From: an uncultured Chloroflexia bacterium
GTDB lineage: Bacteria; Chloroflexota; Chloroflexia; QHBQ01; JADMIH01
Direction of reading: 5' to 3'
Assembly (NCBI GenBank): GCA_963797095.1
Contig: CAWCNY010000003.1
Location: 832,001 to 896,000 of the forward strand
Length of the DNA: 64,000 bases
Shown here: in pieces, positions 49,640 to 59,074 of the stretch
Numbering within the stretch: position 1 is the first letter of the stretch
How the letters are laid out: each line of letters begins with the position of its first letter
The notes under the pieces: model-generated
Databases searched by the model: none
What the model was told of the DNA's origin: nothing
What the model saw: only the letters and a program-made list of their open reading frames with translations
Translations under genes and position numbers: made by a program

Positions 49640-50044
49640 ATGAAGCGACCTGTTGGTGTCACCATCCTCGCGGTCATCGCCATCATCTATGGCATCTTCA
49701 GTCTGCTCCTAGCCTTCCTGGGAGTGATCGGGATAGGTCTTGAAGCCTCCGGTTTGGCTACTGCGGCTATCAAGTACGAAGTTGGGACCCTTGCATACGC
49801 GGCGATATCGGATGCCATCCTTGGCATCCTCTACCTCGTCTTCGGTATTGGCGCCTTCAGGCTGAAGGGCTGGGCCTGGACAACGGGCATCGTCGCGCTC
49901 GTGCTGGATGTTGTCCGGCACATTGTTGGGTACGTGATCTCGGGATTCGGTGCCTTCTCGATCATCACCGGCGTGATTGCCCTCCTGCTGATCTGGTATC
50001 TCTTCCGCCCGAACGTACGCGCCGCTTTCGGAGAGGCAGCCTAG
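49640..50044 (+). CDS. Four-TM membrane protein
   Basis: RPVGVTILA...LKGWAW...YLFRPNVRAAF. Confidence 0.75.
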   Translation: MKRPVGVTILAVIAIIYGIFSLLLAFLGVIGIGLEASGLATAAIKYEVGTLAYAAISDAILGILYLVFGIGAFRLKGWAWTTGIVALVLDVVRHIVGYVISGFGAFSIITGVIALLLIWYLFRPNVRAAFGEAA

Positions 50045-50235
50045 CCTCCTCATCTTGGCGGTGTACCACGCACATGCAGCAGCGCGGCGGACGTGGGCGA
50101 CCGCGGATGGGTCCCGAGCGCCCTGAGCGCTGCATCGAACGAGCCTGTCTTGTGAGCAGGCTTGCGTAGCTCTGCTTTACAATAGCAGGTAGGGCTATGT
50201 CAACGTTCGGAAATCGACATGGGAGGTATCCGACT

Positions 50236-50877
50236 ATGAGCCAAACCGCTCGTCCATCGACCCCCAGCCCCGTATGGGTGGCCATCCGTAAGTTTATCGT
50301 CGTCCTGGACGTAGTGGCGGGGGTGATCGTGGGGGCCCTGCTGGCATTAGTCACGGGCATTCTGCTGGTCGCCGCCCAGATCCATGCCATGCAAACGACA
50401 GTCAATGGCTGGAGTATCACCATGATCTGTGGCAAGGCCGGCAACGGTATCCTGGTGCGCGCCGCTTGCGCCCTGACCCTCCCCATGGTCAACCTGCCGG
50501 CAGAGGCGGTGTACTATACAACGACTGTGGATGGTGCCGATCATACGCTCACTGGAGCGCATGACTACCTTTTGCACTTCCCTCCGGGAGGGCTGCCGCC
50601 CAATAATGCCTTCTGGTCGCTGACCATGACCGACAGGGAGGGGCACCTGGTGGCCAATCCGTCCAACCGCTACAGCGTCGGCGACCGGTCGGGGCTGGTG
50701 CCCAATGCCGACGGCTCCATTGACATCTACATCCAGACCGCCGCCCCGGCCGATCACACGGCGAACTGGCTTCCGTCCCCGAGCGGGAACTTCAAGCTCT
50801 GGCTCCGCGTCTATCAGCCTGGCGAGGCCATCTTGAACGGCACGTACCAGGTGCCGCCTGTCGTGGAGGTGCAGTGA
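50236..50877 (+). CDS. DUF1214 domain protein with N-terminal TM helix
   Basis: EAVY, LPPNNAFWSLTM, DGSIDIYIQ, NWLP, LRVYQP. Confidence 0.85.
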   Translation: MSQTARPSTPSPVWVAIRKFIVVLDVVAGVIVGALLALVTGILLVAAQIHAMQTTVNGWSITMICGKAGNGILVRAACALTLPMVNLPAEAVYYTTTVDGADHTLTGAHDYLLHFPPGGLPPNNAFWSLTMTDREGHLVANPSNRYSVGDRSGLVPNADGSIDIYIQTAAPADHTANWLPSPSGNFKLWLRVYQPGEAILNGTYQVPPVVEVQ

Positions 50878-51572
50878 TGGCGAATGGGCACAACAACGAC
50901 ACGATAAGCCAGGAGAGCGCAACAGCGTCCACTTCCTCCACTTCCTCCACTTCCTCCCCGGCAGTCAAGGCCAGAAGCAGGTGGAAGGCCCACCCCCACC
51001 TGCTCATATTCGCCGTGACCGTCCTGGTGGTATGGGGAGTCGGCGCCTACGCTTGCACCTACTTCATTCCGCGTCTCTGGTACAACGGGGTGGAGAACGC
51101 CGTCCTCGACCACGGCCTCGGCGAAACGGGCTCCCCTGGCATTCCCATCAATACGCTCTATACGATGCCGACCCTTGCCACGCCCTCGCAATCCAACTCG
51201 TTGGAGAGCACAGGCAACCGCGACACGCTCTACACCGCTGGCTTGCTCGATTTGAGCACCGGACCGGAGGTGTTGCACGTACCGGACATGGCTGGCCGCT
51301 ACTACGCCGTCCAGTTTACCGACCCGTGGGGCACTGACTTCGCCTATGTGGGCCGGCGCACTACCGGGACACAGGCCGGTGACTATCTCATTACCGGGCT
51401 GGGCTGGAAGGGCACGGTGCCGGCCGGGATCACGCAGATCGTCTCGCCGGACAACACGGTGTTGCTGATCGGGCGCACGCTCGTAGAAAGTGACAGCGAC
51501 CTCGCCACCGCCTATGGGCTGGCGAAGCAGATACAGATAACCCCACTGAGTCAGTGGCAGCCCGGCCAATAG
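50877..51572 (+). CDS. DUF1254 domain protein with N-terminal TM helix
   Basis: NRDTLYT..LDLS..P.VL.VPDM.GRYY, YVGRRTTG, GRTLV. Confidence 0.85.
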   Translation: MANGHNNDTISQESATASTSSTSSTSSPAVKARSRWKAHPHLLIFAVTVLVVWGVGAYACTYFIPRLWYNGVENAVLDHGLGETGSPGIPINTLYTMPTLATPSQSNSLESTGNRDTLYTAGLLDLSTGPEVLHVPDMAGRYYAVQFTDPWGTDFAYVGRRTTGTQAGDYLITGLGWKGTVPAGITQIVSPDNTVLLIGRTLVESDSDLATAYGLAKQIQITPLSQWQPGQ

Positions 51573-51696
51573 CACGCCACCGGCATGGCGTCTCTCGCTG
51601 ACGCCGTATGAACTGCCTGAGGGCGTGTCCTAGGCTGGTCGCGTTTGGTCCTCGCCCACGCCTGAGAGGGGTGGAGTTATGAAACGCGCTCTCTCC

Positions 51697-51743
51697 CTCA
51701 AAAAGGCAAAATGGCGGCAGAACCGCCATTTTGCCTTTTTGAG
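51697..51743. terminator. Bidirectional intrinsic terminator
   Basis: CTCAAAAAGGCAAAATGGCGG-cagaa-CCGCCATTTTGCCTTTTTGAG between convergent genes. Confidence 0.88.
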
Positions 51744-51756
51744 AAAGCCCTTACTC

Positions 51757-53622
51757 TTACTTGAGTGTGTCGTTAGAGTCGTTTTGTGCGTCTGCGAGGG
51801 CGTCGTTGACACTCTTGGTGCCGGTGATCGCTGCCTGTAGGTCCTGGTAGATGATGTCGCGCACCTGCTGGTACGATCCCACTTTCGGCTCGGCGGCTGT
51901 GGCGTATTGCAGGTTATCGAACGAAGCCTTAAGGCGAGGCTCTTCGGTCCACGTATCCTTCAAGGCCTGGTTGTTCGCCGCCGATTTGTTCAGAGGGAGA
52001 TAGCCGCTGATCGCGGCCCAGCGCGCGCTCTGGTCGGGCGATGTAAACCACTTGACGAACGACCATGCCGCTTGCTCGCGCTCAGGCGTAGTCTTGTACA
52101 TCAGGATATTCCCGCCGTACAGCGTCGTCACGGGGGTGCTCACATCCGAGCCGTGCGGGATCACGGTGCCCGTCCAGTTGAAGTCGTAGTCGGGGTTGTC
52201 CTTCGGATAGTAGCTCTTGATGTAGGACACCGAGGTGCTGGACGATATGATGAAGGCGCACTTCTGGTTGGCAAAGTCGATCTCGTACTGGAACTTGCCC
52301 GGCTCGGTGGCGAGGAAGGACCCATCGTTCACCCCGTCGGCCAGCATCTGAAGCTGTGCCTGGGCCTGTGGGTTATTGAAGGTGAAGGTCAACTCCTTGG
52401 GGTCCATGATCGTGCCGCCACGGCTGTAGACGCCCGCTATGAACTCGGACGTGCCTGCCTCAAACTCGTAACCGTAGATCCCATCGTCGGGTTTGGCGAC
52501 TGCTTTGGAGTCGGCCACAAACTCGTCCCAGGTTGCGGGAGGCTTGTCGATGCCAGCTGCCTTCAGCAGGTCCGCGTTGTACCAGAGCATAGGCATGCTC
52601 TTGGTGAACGGGAAGCTCCACATCTTGTTGTCGAGGGCCGGGTACATATTGGTCTTGATGAAGGCCGGGAAGAAGTCGGCCAGTTGGCTGTCGGTGAAGC
52701 CGTTGGGGCTGTTCAGGAAGTCGTCGAACGGCACGCTGAGGCCAGAATTGACGAAACCGGGCAGCCAGTTCTCATAGCCAACCGTCAGGTCGGGCAGCTC
52801 CCCTCCCGCGCCCGCCGCCTGCACCGCCTTCAACAGGTCGTCGTAGTTGTTCTTGAACTCAGGTATGACCGTGATGCCTGGGTGAGTACTGTTGAACTCG
52901 TCCACCAGAGCGTTGAGAGCATCCTGGTTGGCGCGGCTCTGGGTGTGCCAGAAGTGGACCTCGACGTTGTTGAAGGTCTTGTACTTTTCCTTCGCCTGGA
53001 ATGTGCCAAGCTGGCTCAGAAGCACATCGTAGGGGGCATCGTTCTCAGGGTGAAGCTCGAACACCGCCCGCTCGAAATACTGCACTGTATAGGTCTTGCC
53101 ATCCAGGTCGCTCTTCTCCTGGAACTCGTCGGAGATTGGGTAGCCCTGCTGCGCCAGCCCTCCCTGGCTGTTCCAGTAGTCAAGGAACTTGCCGCCCACC
53201 GTGTGGCCCGTCTGGTCGAATTTCTGAGCGTTGGCATCGGTGTTCACCTTCTGGTCGGGAGCGCCGTCGGGGTATTTCGCCTTGTAGCGATAGGTGCCAA
53301 GCTGGCTTAGAAGCACGTCGTTCGGAGGCGTGTTCTCAGGGTGTTTCTCGAACACGGCCCTCTCGAAATACTGGACTGTGTACGACTTGCCATCCAGGTC
53401 CGACACCTCGTTGAACTCGTCGGAGATCGGGTAGCCCTGCTGCGCCAGCCCGCCGTGCTCCTGCCAGTAGGTGTAAAAAGCACCGCTGACCGTGTGGTCG
53501 GTCTCGGTAAAGAGATGGGAATCATCGGCTGCACGACTCGGCCTGGATGTCCCGCCGATCAAGCCCAATAGCGTCAGGACAATGACCAGGCTGGTCGTGA
53601 CTCGTAGCATATTGCGTTTCAT
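51757..53622 (-). CDS. UgpB-like ABC substrate-binding protein fused to two Chloroflexota surface repeats
   Basis: Sec signal without lipobox; 2x GGLAQQGYPISDEF...VQYFERAVFE; SBP motifs FWH, PMLWYN, PPATWDE, SGYLP. Confidence 0.85.
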   Translation of the reverse strand: MKRNMLRVTTSLVIVLTLLGLIGGTSRPSRAADDSHLFTETDHTVSGAFYTYWQEHGGLAQQGYPISDEFNEVSDLDGKSYTVQYFERAVFEKHPENTPPNDVLLSQLGTYRYKAKYPDGAPDQKVNTDANAQKFDQTGHTVGGKFLDYWNSQGGLAQQGYPISDEFQEKSDLDGKTYTVQYFERAVFELHPENDAPYDVLLSQLGTFQAKEKYKTFNNVEVHFWHTQSRANQDALNALVDEFNSTHPGITVIPEFKNNYDDLLKAVQAAGAGGELPDLTVGYENWLPGFVNSGLSVPFDDFLNSPNGFTDSQLADFFPAFIKTNMYPALDNKMWSFPFTKSMPMLWYNADLLKAAGIDKPPATWDEFVADSKAVAKPDDGIYGYEFEAGTSEFIAGVYSRGGTIMDPKELTFTFNNPQAQAQLQMLADGVNDGSFLATEPGKFQYEIDFANQKCAFIISSSTSVSYIKSYYPKDNPDYDFNWTGTVIPHGSDVSTPVTTLYGGNILMYKTTPEREQAAWSFVKWFTSPDQSARWAAISGYLPLNKSAANNQALKDTWTEEPRLKASFDNLQYATAAEPKVGSYQQVRDIIYQDLQAAITGTKSVNDALADAQNDSNDTLK

Positions 53623-53719
53623 CTTTGTTTGCTTCCTCCTCAATTTGAACTAACAAATAGTGGTTTCAGGTTGACCCTTGGTTCATGGCGGGGGTGTCCC
53701 AAGCGTTGTTTTCCTCCTT

Positions 53720-53793
53720 TCACGTATCACGTATCACGTATCACGTATCACGTATCACGTATCACGTATCACGTATCACGTATCACGTATCAC
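53720..53793. repeat. (TCACGTA)10.6 heptamer array
   Basis: Perfect tandem repeat starting a few bases after the permease stop codon. Confidence 0.95.
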
Positions 53794-53798
53794 AAACG

Positions 53799-54737
53799 TC
53801 AGCCGCGGATGCCACTGCGGGCTATGCCCTCCACGAAATAGCGTTGGGCCATGATATAGATCGCGACAATAGGGAGAGCAGTGAAGGCCGAGGCTGCCAT
53901 AAGCAGGTGCCAATCGGTGGGCCTATCGGCGGAAACGAAGTTGGAGAGACCAACCTGCACTACCTGCATATCGGGGTTCTGAATGACGATGAGAGGCCAT
54001 AGCAGCGCGTTCCAGCTTCCCACGAAGCTGAACAGCCCCGCGGTGATCAGGGCTGGCCGGGCAAGTGGCATGGCGATGCGCCACAGGTAGCGCAACCGCC
54101 CCGCCCCGTCCAGTTGCGCCGACTCCCAGAGGTCGCTGGGGAGCGAGGCGAAGAACTGGCGCAGGAGAAAGATGTTGAACGCGCTGGCGGTCCAGGGCAC
54201 GATGAGGGCGGGATATTGGTTGTACCAGTTCAGGTTCTTGACGATCACGAAGTTGGGTATATAGCCCGCCTCATACGGGATCATCATAGTGGCAAGGATC
54301 AGGATGAAGATGACGTTTTTGCCGGGGAAATCGATGGTGGCGAAGGCGTAGCCCGCCAGCACGGAGGTGATCAGCACGCCCAGCGTGACGGCGCTCGCCA
54401 CCAGTATGGTGTTGAGGAAATAGCGGGCAAAAGGCGCGCTATTCCACGCCTCAACGTAATTGCCGAACTGCCAGGAGGGGATCAGAGTTTTCCAGATCTC
54501 GGTGCCCGTCGGGTAGCCGGAGGCTTCCTGCAACGTCTTGAGCGAGGTGATTATCATCCATAAGAACGGGAATACCACCACGATAGCCCCGATGCTCAGG
54601 ATGACGTAGGTGAGCCAGTCGCCGCGCGGCGGCGCGCCACCTGCGTATTCCTCGCGCTCGCGAATCTCACGGGCGGTGCGGCCTCGCACCTCCAACTCTT
54701 CGGCCATATTGGTTGCGTTAGTGCCAATTGCTTCCAA
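53799..54737 (-). CDS. Carbohydrate ABC permease (UgpE-like)
   Basis: FLLRQFF...LWESAQLDGA; WNALLWPL; SGIRG. Confidence 0.9.
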   Translation of the reverse strand: MEAIGTNATNMAEELEVRGRTAREIREREEYAGGAPPRGDWLTYVILSIGAIVVVFPFLWMIITSLKTLQEASGYPTGTEIWKTLIPSWQFGNYVEAWNSAPFARYFLNTILVASAVTLGVLITSVLAGYAFATIDFPGKNVIFILILATMMIPYEAGYIPNFVIVKNLNWYNQYPALIVPWTASAFNIFLLRQFFASLPSDLWESAQLDGAGRLRYLWRIAMPLARPALITAGLFSFVGSWNALLWPLIVIQNPDMQVVQVGLSNFVSADRPTDWHLLMAASAFTALPIVAIYIMAQRYFVEGIARSGIRG

Positions 54738-54770
54738 AACCTTGATTGCCTCCGGAAAAAGTTAGTAGAC

Positions 54771-55814
54771 CTAATAATGCACGCGGCTGCCAAGCAGGCG
54801 TGTTTGCGCTACAGTGAGCACCAGTATCATCACGAAAAGTACAATCGCTATAGTGGAGGCGTAGCCGAGGCCGAGATTGCTGTAGGAGAAGGCAGCTTTG
54901 TAGAAGTAGAGTGTAAGCACAGATGTAGTGTTCTGTGGCCCTCCCGACCCGATCGGGATGCTCGTGCTGAATATCGGAGTGAACGATTGAAACGCGCCGA
55001 TAGTGCTGACGATCAGCAGGAAGTAGGTGGTGGGGCTGAGCAGGGGCCAGGTGATGTTGCGGAACGTTTGCCACGCCCCGGCTCCATCCACGCGGGCCGC
55101 CTCGTAAAGCTCGCGCGGGATGTTGTTGAGGCCCGCGAGGAAGACCACGCTGTTGAACCCAACCAGGCTCCAGACGGCCAGGGTGATGATCGTGACGAGG
55201 GAGAGGCTGGGGCCGGTCGCCCAGGCGGGCCAGACCGGCCCGTGGGGCGCGAATATAAGCTGGAATATACCCCTCGGTTCTTCGAGCCATCGCACGCTTC
55301 CCAGACCTACGCTGTTCAGGAGGGCATTGGCGAGGCCGCCGGGGGTCTTGCCCAGAGGAGAGCGAAAGATCCACTGCCACACCGTGCCAGCCACCACCAG
55401 GGAAGTGATGTAAGGGAGAAAATAGATGGTGCGGAAGAATGTGCGCCGCTTGGTTATGCGCTGCAACAGCAAGGCTATCACCAGTGAGATGCCCAGCCCG
55501 AAGATTATCGTGCCGCCCGCATACCAGAGCGTGTTGGCTAATGACTGCCAGAAAACACGGTCGTGTATCAGCCGGTCGTAATTTTGCCCACCGACATACC
55601 ATTGTGGCAGGGGCATCAGGCCCACTGGCACCGAAAATTTAAAGAAGCTCAGAAGCAGCGCGTAAATTATCGGGAAGAAGTGGAAGACGGCCAGTATGAC
55701 CACTGCCGGAAGTATAAAGATATATCCGGTTAGTGCCTCACGCAATCGTTTCGTGCTTCGTTTTTGCTTCGGTAGAGTGTCTCGCTGCGAGGTGGCAGAA
55801 TAGGGTATGTTCAT
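54771..55814 (-). CDS. Carbohydrate ABC permease (UgpA-like)
   Basis: ELYEAARVDGA...ITWPLLSPTT. Confidence 0.9.
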   Translation of the reverse strand: MNIPYSATSQRDTLPKQKRSTKRLREALTGYIFILPAVVILAVFHFFPIIYALLLSFFKFSVPVGLMPLPQWYVGGQNYDRLIHDRVFWQSLANTLWYAGGTIIFGLGISLVIALLLQRITKRRTFFRTIYFLPYITSLVVAGTVWQWIFRSPLGKTPGGLANALLNSVGLGSVRWLEEPRGIFQLIFAPHGPVWPAWATGPSLSLVTIITLAVWSLVGFNSVVFLAGLNNIPRELYEAARVDGAGAWQTFRNITWPLLSPTTYFLLIVSTIGAFQSFTPIFSTSIPIGSGGPQNTTSVLTLYFYKAAFSYSNLGLGYASTIAIVLFVMILVLTVAQTRLLGSRVHY

Positions 55815-56100
55815 AACAGAACAAGGGTCCTCAATTTTCCATGCCCCAAAGCATATCTTTCGGCCTTTTCCAGGGTATTATGGACTTGTTAACAGCGTGT
55901 TAACGATTTAAGTTAGACGTTTATTATAGTAATCGATCTGTTTGCCGTATCATACAGGCGAAAGTCCATAATTCGGGAATCCAGAGACCCAAAACCAACG
56001 ATACAGGTCTCTATTACCCTGGACGGCAGGCCCATTGACCGCATTTTGCAGGGTACACTCTAGCACAAGAGCACAAACCTGTCAATGAAACATCGGAATG

Positions 56101-57567
56101 GTAAGTGTTCAGACTTGAGGTGGAGCAATTTCCACTATATGCTATGGGCATGACTGTTGAAGAAGAAGTTGCCCAGCTGAGGGAAGAGAATAGGCAGCTA
56201 CGTGAACAGCTTGAGCAAGCATTGGCTGTGATTGCTCAACTACGTGCAGAACTGGACAAGTACAGAGAGAACAAGAGCAAACCACCTTCCTTCGTCAAGC
56301 CCAACAGTGCTAAACCCAAAGACAAAGCCCAAAAGCAGCCCCGCCGCAAACGAGCCAAAGACCAAAACGGTGCTCGTCGTCGGGAGCAAAACCCCCCCCA
56401 AACGATACAGCATACAGTGCAGCAGTGTCCCACCTGCGCCTACCCTCTGCAACACCCCCAAATCGCCCAGCGCCGTCAGGTGATAGAACTGCCTCCTCCC
56501 CTTCCTGTAGAAGTTACCGAGCACCAGTTGTACAAGAGTTGGTGCCCTCGTTGTGAGAAGTGGCATCAGGCGCACGTTGACCTGAGCACACAGGTAATCG
56601 GACAAAGCAGAATGGGAGTACGCATTGCCTCCCTCATAGCTTACCTACGTACCACATTGAGAATGCCGGTCCGCCTCATCAGGGAGTACCTGTTGAGCCT
56701 GCACAATCTGACCATCTCCACTGGAGAGATAGTGGAGTTGCTGCATCGAGTGGCAGGGGCTGAAAAGGTGCAAGCGGCTACCCAGTCAATCAAGGAACGG
56801 GTGAGAAAGAGTGCTATCGTGCATGGCGATGAAACAGGGTGGCGAGAAGGGGGACACAACGGCTACATCTGGTGCTTTTGTACACCCGATGGTGAGCGAT
56901 ACTACGAGTATGACCACTCACGAGCAGGGGCTGTAGTCAAACGGATACTCGGCTCAGAGTTCAAAGGCACCCTTGTGACCGACTTCTATGTAGCGTACAA
57001 CGACTTGCCATGTGAGCACCAACGCTGCTGGGTGCATCTGCTGAGAGACTTGCATAAGCTGAAAGAAGAGCACAAAGAGGGTCCGGATAACGAGGCAGTG
57101 CTGGGTTGGGCTGCTCAGTTACGCAAGCTGTACGACCAGGCTCAAAACGCCTTGAAAGGTAAGGGTCGTTGGGGACGATGGCCTCCCACCCAGCAACAAC
57201 GAGAAGTGCTCTACATAGAACTGGTTGAAGGTGTGGCACAACTGGCAGGGCGGTACTCAAATGCCAAAGAACATGGTGCTCACCCATGCCACACATTGTC
57301 CAAACGATTGATGCTGCACCAGGACAGCCTGTTTCAGTTCGTGCTACAAGAGGGCTTGTCGGCTGACAACAACCTGGCCGAGCGCTCGGTACGTCCTGTG
57401 GTGGTGATGCGTAAGGTATCAGGCGGCTCTCAATCCGAGCGCGGCTCACGCACTCGCATGACGTTGGCCTCCTTGTTTGGCACCTGGCGTGCTAAGGGTC
57501 TCAATCCCTTCTCAGAATGTATGCTCCTCTTGGTTCAACCCTCTACACCATTAGTCTGAACACTTAC
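56101..57567 (+). mobile_element. IS66 family insertion sequence (single-ORF, ISBst12-like), intact
   Basis: 15-bp perfect terminal IR GTAAGTGTTCAGACT; 8-bp TSD TCGGAATG at 56093-56100 and 57568-57575. Confidence 0.95.
56150..57559 (+). CDS. IS66 family DDE transposase
   Basis: Leucine zipper, CxxC zinc motifs, DETGW, QRCWVHLLR, DNNLAERSVRP. Confidence 0.95.
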   Translation: MTVEEEVAQLREENRQLREQLEQALAVIAQLRAELDKYRENKSKPPSFVKPNSAKPKDKAQKQPRRKRAKDQNGARRREQNPPQTIQHTVQQCPTCAYPLQHPQIAQRRQVIELPPPLPVEVTEHQLYKSWCPRCEKWHQAHVDLSTQVIGQSRMGVRIASLIAYLRTTLRMPVRLIREYLLSLHNLTISTGEIVELLHRVAGAEKVQAATQSIKERVRKSAIVHGDETGWREGGHNGYIWCFCTPDGERYYEYDHSRAGAVVKRILGSEFKGTLVTDFYVAYNDLPCEHQRCWVHLLRDLHKLKEEHKEGPDNEAVLGWAAQLRKLYDQAQNALKGKGRWGRWPPTQQQREVLYIELVEGVAQLAGRYSNAKEHGAHPCHTLSKRLMLHQDSLFQFVLQEGLSADNNLAERSVRPVVVMRKVSGGSQSERGSRTRMTLASLFGTWRAKGLNPFSECMLLLVQPSTPLV

Positions 57568-57579
57568 TCGGAATGTTCC

Positions 57580-57743
57580 CAGGGCAAACGCATCTAAGTC
57601 GGTTGGGGGCTGAGAAGCACCTTGAGGAGGTTTAGAGCCATGTAGCCCAACACCGAGAAGTTCTCGGCAGAGTGGTCTTTACGGGTGCGATTGTGGTCCT
57701 CTTGGAAAGCTACGTCCAGCACCCAGTACAACTTGTTCTCTAT
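57580..57743 (-). pseudogene. ISAs1 family transposase C-terminal fragment
   Basis: Manual translation IENKLYWVLDVAFQEDHNRTRKDHSAENFSVLGYMALNLLK; terminal GATGCGTTTGCCCTG. Confidence 0.8.
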
Positions 57744-57809
57744 GCTCCGAGGGATCTCCTTGCTCTGAGACCTGACACTCCCGGATCTGACACTTCCCTT
57801 TGCGACAGG

Positions 57810-58427
57810 TCACTTTGCGTCGAATACATCGCCAGCTCTCAGATCGAGATCGGCTAATAGTGCAGACGTTACCTGCTGGCCTCGGCGAAAGACACCGTGT
57901 TCGACGTAGGTTGTGCCATGCAATGTCAACACGGTGAAGGTTTCCTCCAGGGGGTTCACGATCCAGTATTCGCGGATCCCTGCCTCTGCGTATTCGCCAC
58001 GTTTGGTCTGAGTATCACGCTTTGGGTCGTCTGGGCTTACCACCTCGATGACCAGATCAGCACCCAGCCAAAAGGAGTCCTGGAAGCGAGAGTCGTTGCG
58101 ATCGAGCAATAGGAGAATATCTGGCTCGCGGTACTTACCGGGGCGGAGTTGTAACGGGAGTGCAGCGAACGCCACTATTCCCCCATACTGCTCCAGCAAT
58201 GTGTACAGCACCCGATAGAGAAACCCGATAATCAATTGATGCTTGCTGCTGGGCATTGGTAGGACCTCGAGAACACCGTCGGTAAACTCAATGAGCCGGT
58301 TGGTCTGCTCGCCTAACCGGATGTATTGCTGCTCAGTCCACAGCCCCTGGAGCGCACCAAGATCGATTTCAATCTGCTGATCGTCCGAGACCAGATGCAT
58401 ACCCGGAGCCACCCTACCCGTAACCAT
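57810..58427 (-). CDS. Uma2 family (PD-(D/E)xK) endonuclease
   Basis: EFTDG, HQ, REPD, DLVIEVVSP, K..EY..AGIREYWIVNP. Confidence 0.9.
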   Translation of the reverse strand: MVTGRVAPGMHLVSDDQQIEIDLGALQGLWTEQQYIRLGEQTNRLIEFTDGVLEVLPMPSSKHQLIIGFLYRVLYTLLEQYGGIVAFAALPLQLRPGKYREPDILLLLDRNDSRFQDSFWLGADLVIEVVSPDDPKRDTQTKRGEYAEAGIREYWIVNPLEETFTVLTLHGTTYVEHGVFRRGQQVTSALLADLDLRAGDVFDAK

Positions 58428-58546
58428 AATCGGATCCCCTTATCTGCTGTTTCGATTGTTACGATAGACAAGTTTGCTTCAGTATACTCGTCACAAGTGT
58501 GGCACACAACCTCAGCCGAAGCCGCAAATTCGGCATCCAAATATAA

Positions 58547-58740
58547 TGGGCTTCCCCTATGGAAGTAGCAGACAGGACCAGCAAGACCAACGATGCCACC
58601 GAGGAAAGTATACAGCCGAGAGTTAAAGCTGGGAGCTTTGCGATTGTGCGCCATTCAGCAATCGGGTACGTCAGTCCAGACGCATTCGAGAAGAGACATT
58701 TCGAATCGAATCGCGAGTCATTCGTATCGGGGCAAGCTCA
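58547..58740 (+). mobile_element. Internally deleted IS3-family remnant (MITE-like, 194 bp)
   Basis: TG...CA ends with imperfect IR; OrfA start MPPRKVYSRELKLGALRL joined to OrfB end RHSAIGYVSPDAFE. Confidence 0.7.
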
Positions 58741-58750
58741 CTAGGCCCCT

Positions 58751-58798
58751 TTGACAATCCTCTCCTCCCTGAGCTATAATCTAGACAGACTAGACAGC
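58751..58798 (+). promoter_or_regulatory. TA operon promoter and operator
   Basis: TTGACA-N18-TATAAT followed by the direct repeat CTAGACAG x2. Confidence 0.6.
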
Positions 58799-58818
58799 AC
58801 ACTGAAGGAGGAGTTATT

Positions 58819-59073
58819 ATGGTACGCCGCTGGCAGCTTCAGGAGGCTAAAAACCGGTTCAGCCAAGTCATCGAGGAGGCCCTGAAGGACGGACCGCAAC
58901 TTATTACCCGGCGCGGCGTTGAGACCGCGGTTGTTCTGTCGTTTGCAGATTATCGGAAGATGCTTCTTGGCCGCAAAAGGCTGTCCGAGTTCTTCCGGGA
59001 TTCCCCCCTCGCTGGCCTTGATCTCGATCTGAGGCGCGATACCAGCCCCGCACGTGACGGGGTTGCCTTGTGA
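58819..59073 (+). CDS. Phd/YefM family antitoxin
   Basis: WQLQEAKNRFSQVIE.A...GPQLITRRG; AGGAG RBS. Confidence 0.92.
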   Translation: MVRRWQLQEAKNRFSQVIEEALKDGPQLITRRGVETAVVLSFADYRKMLLGRKRLSEFFRDSPLAGLDLDLRRDTSPARDGVAL

Positions 59074-59074
59074 A

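Noticed and set aside
35511-55814. Both sugar ABC operons lack an ATPase gene
   Set aside because: Ordinary; shared MsiK/MalK-type ATPases are common
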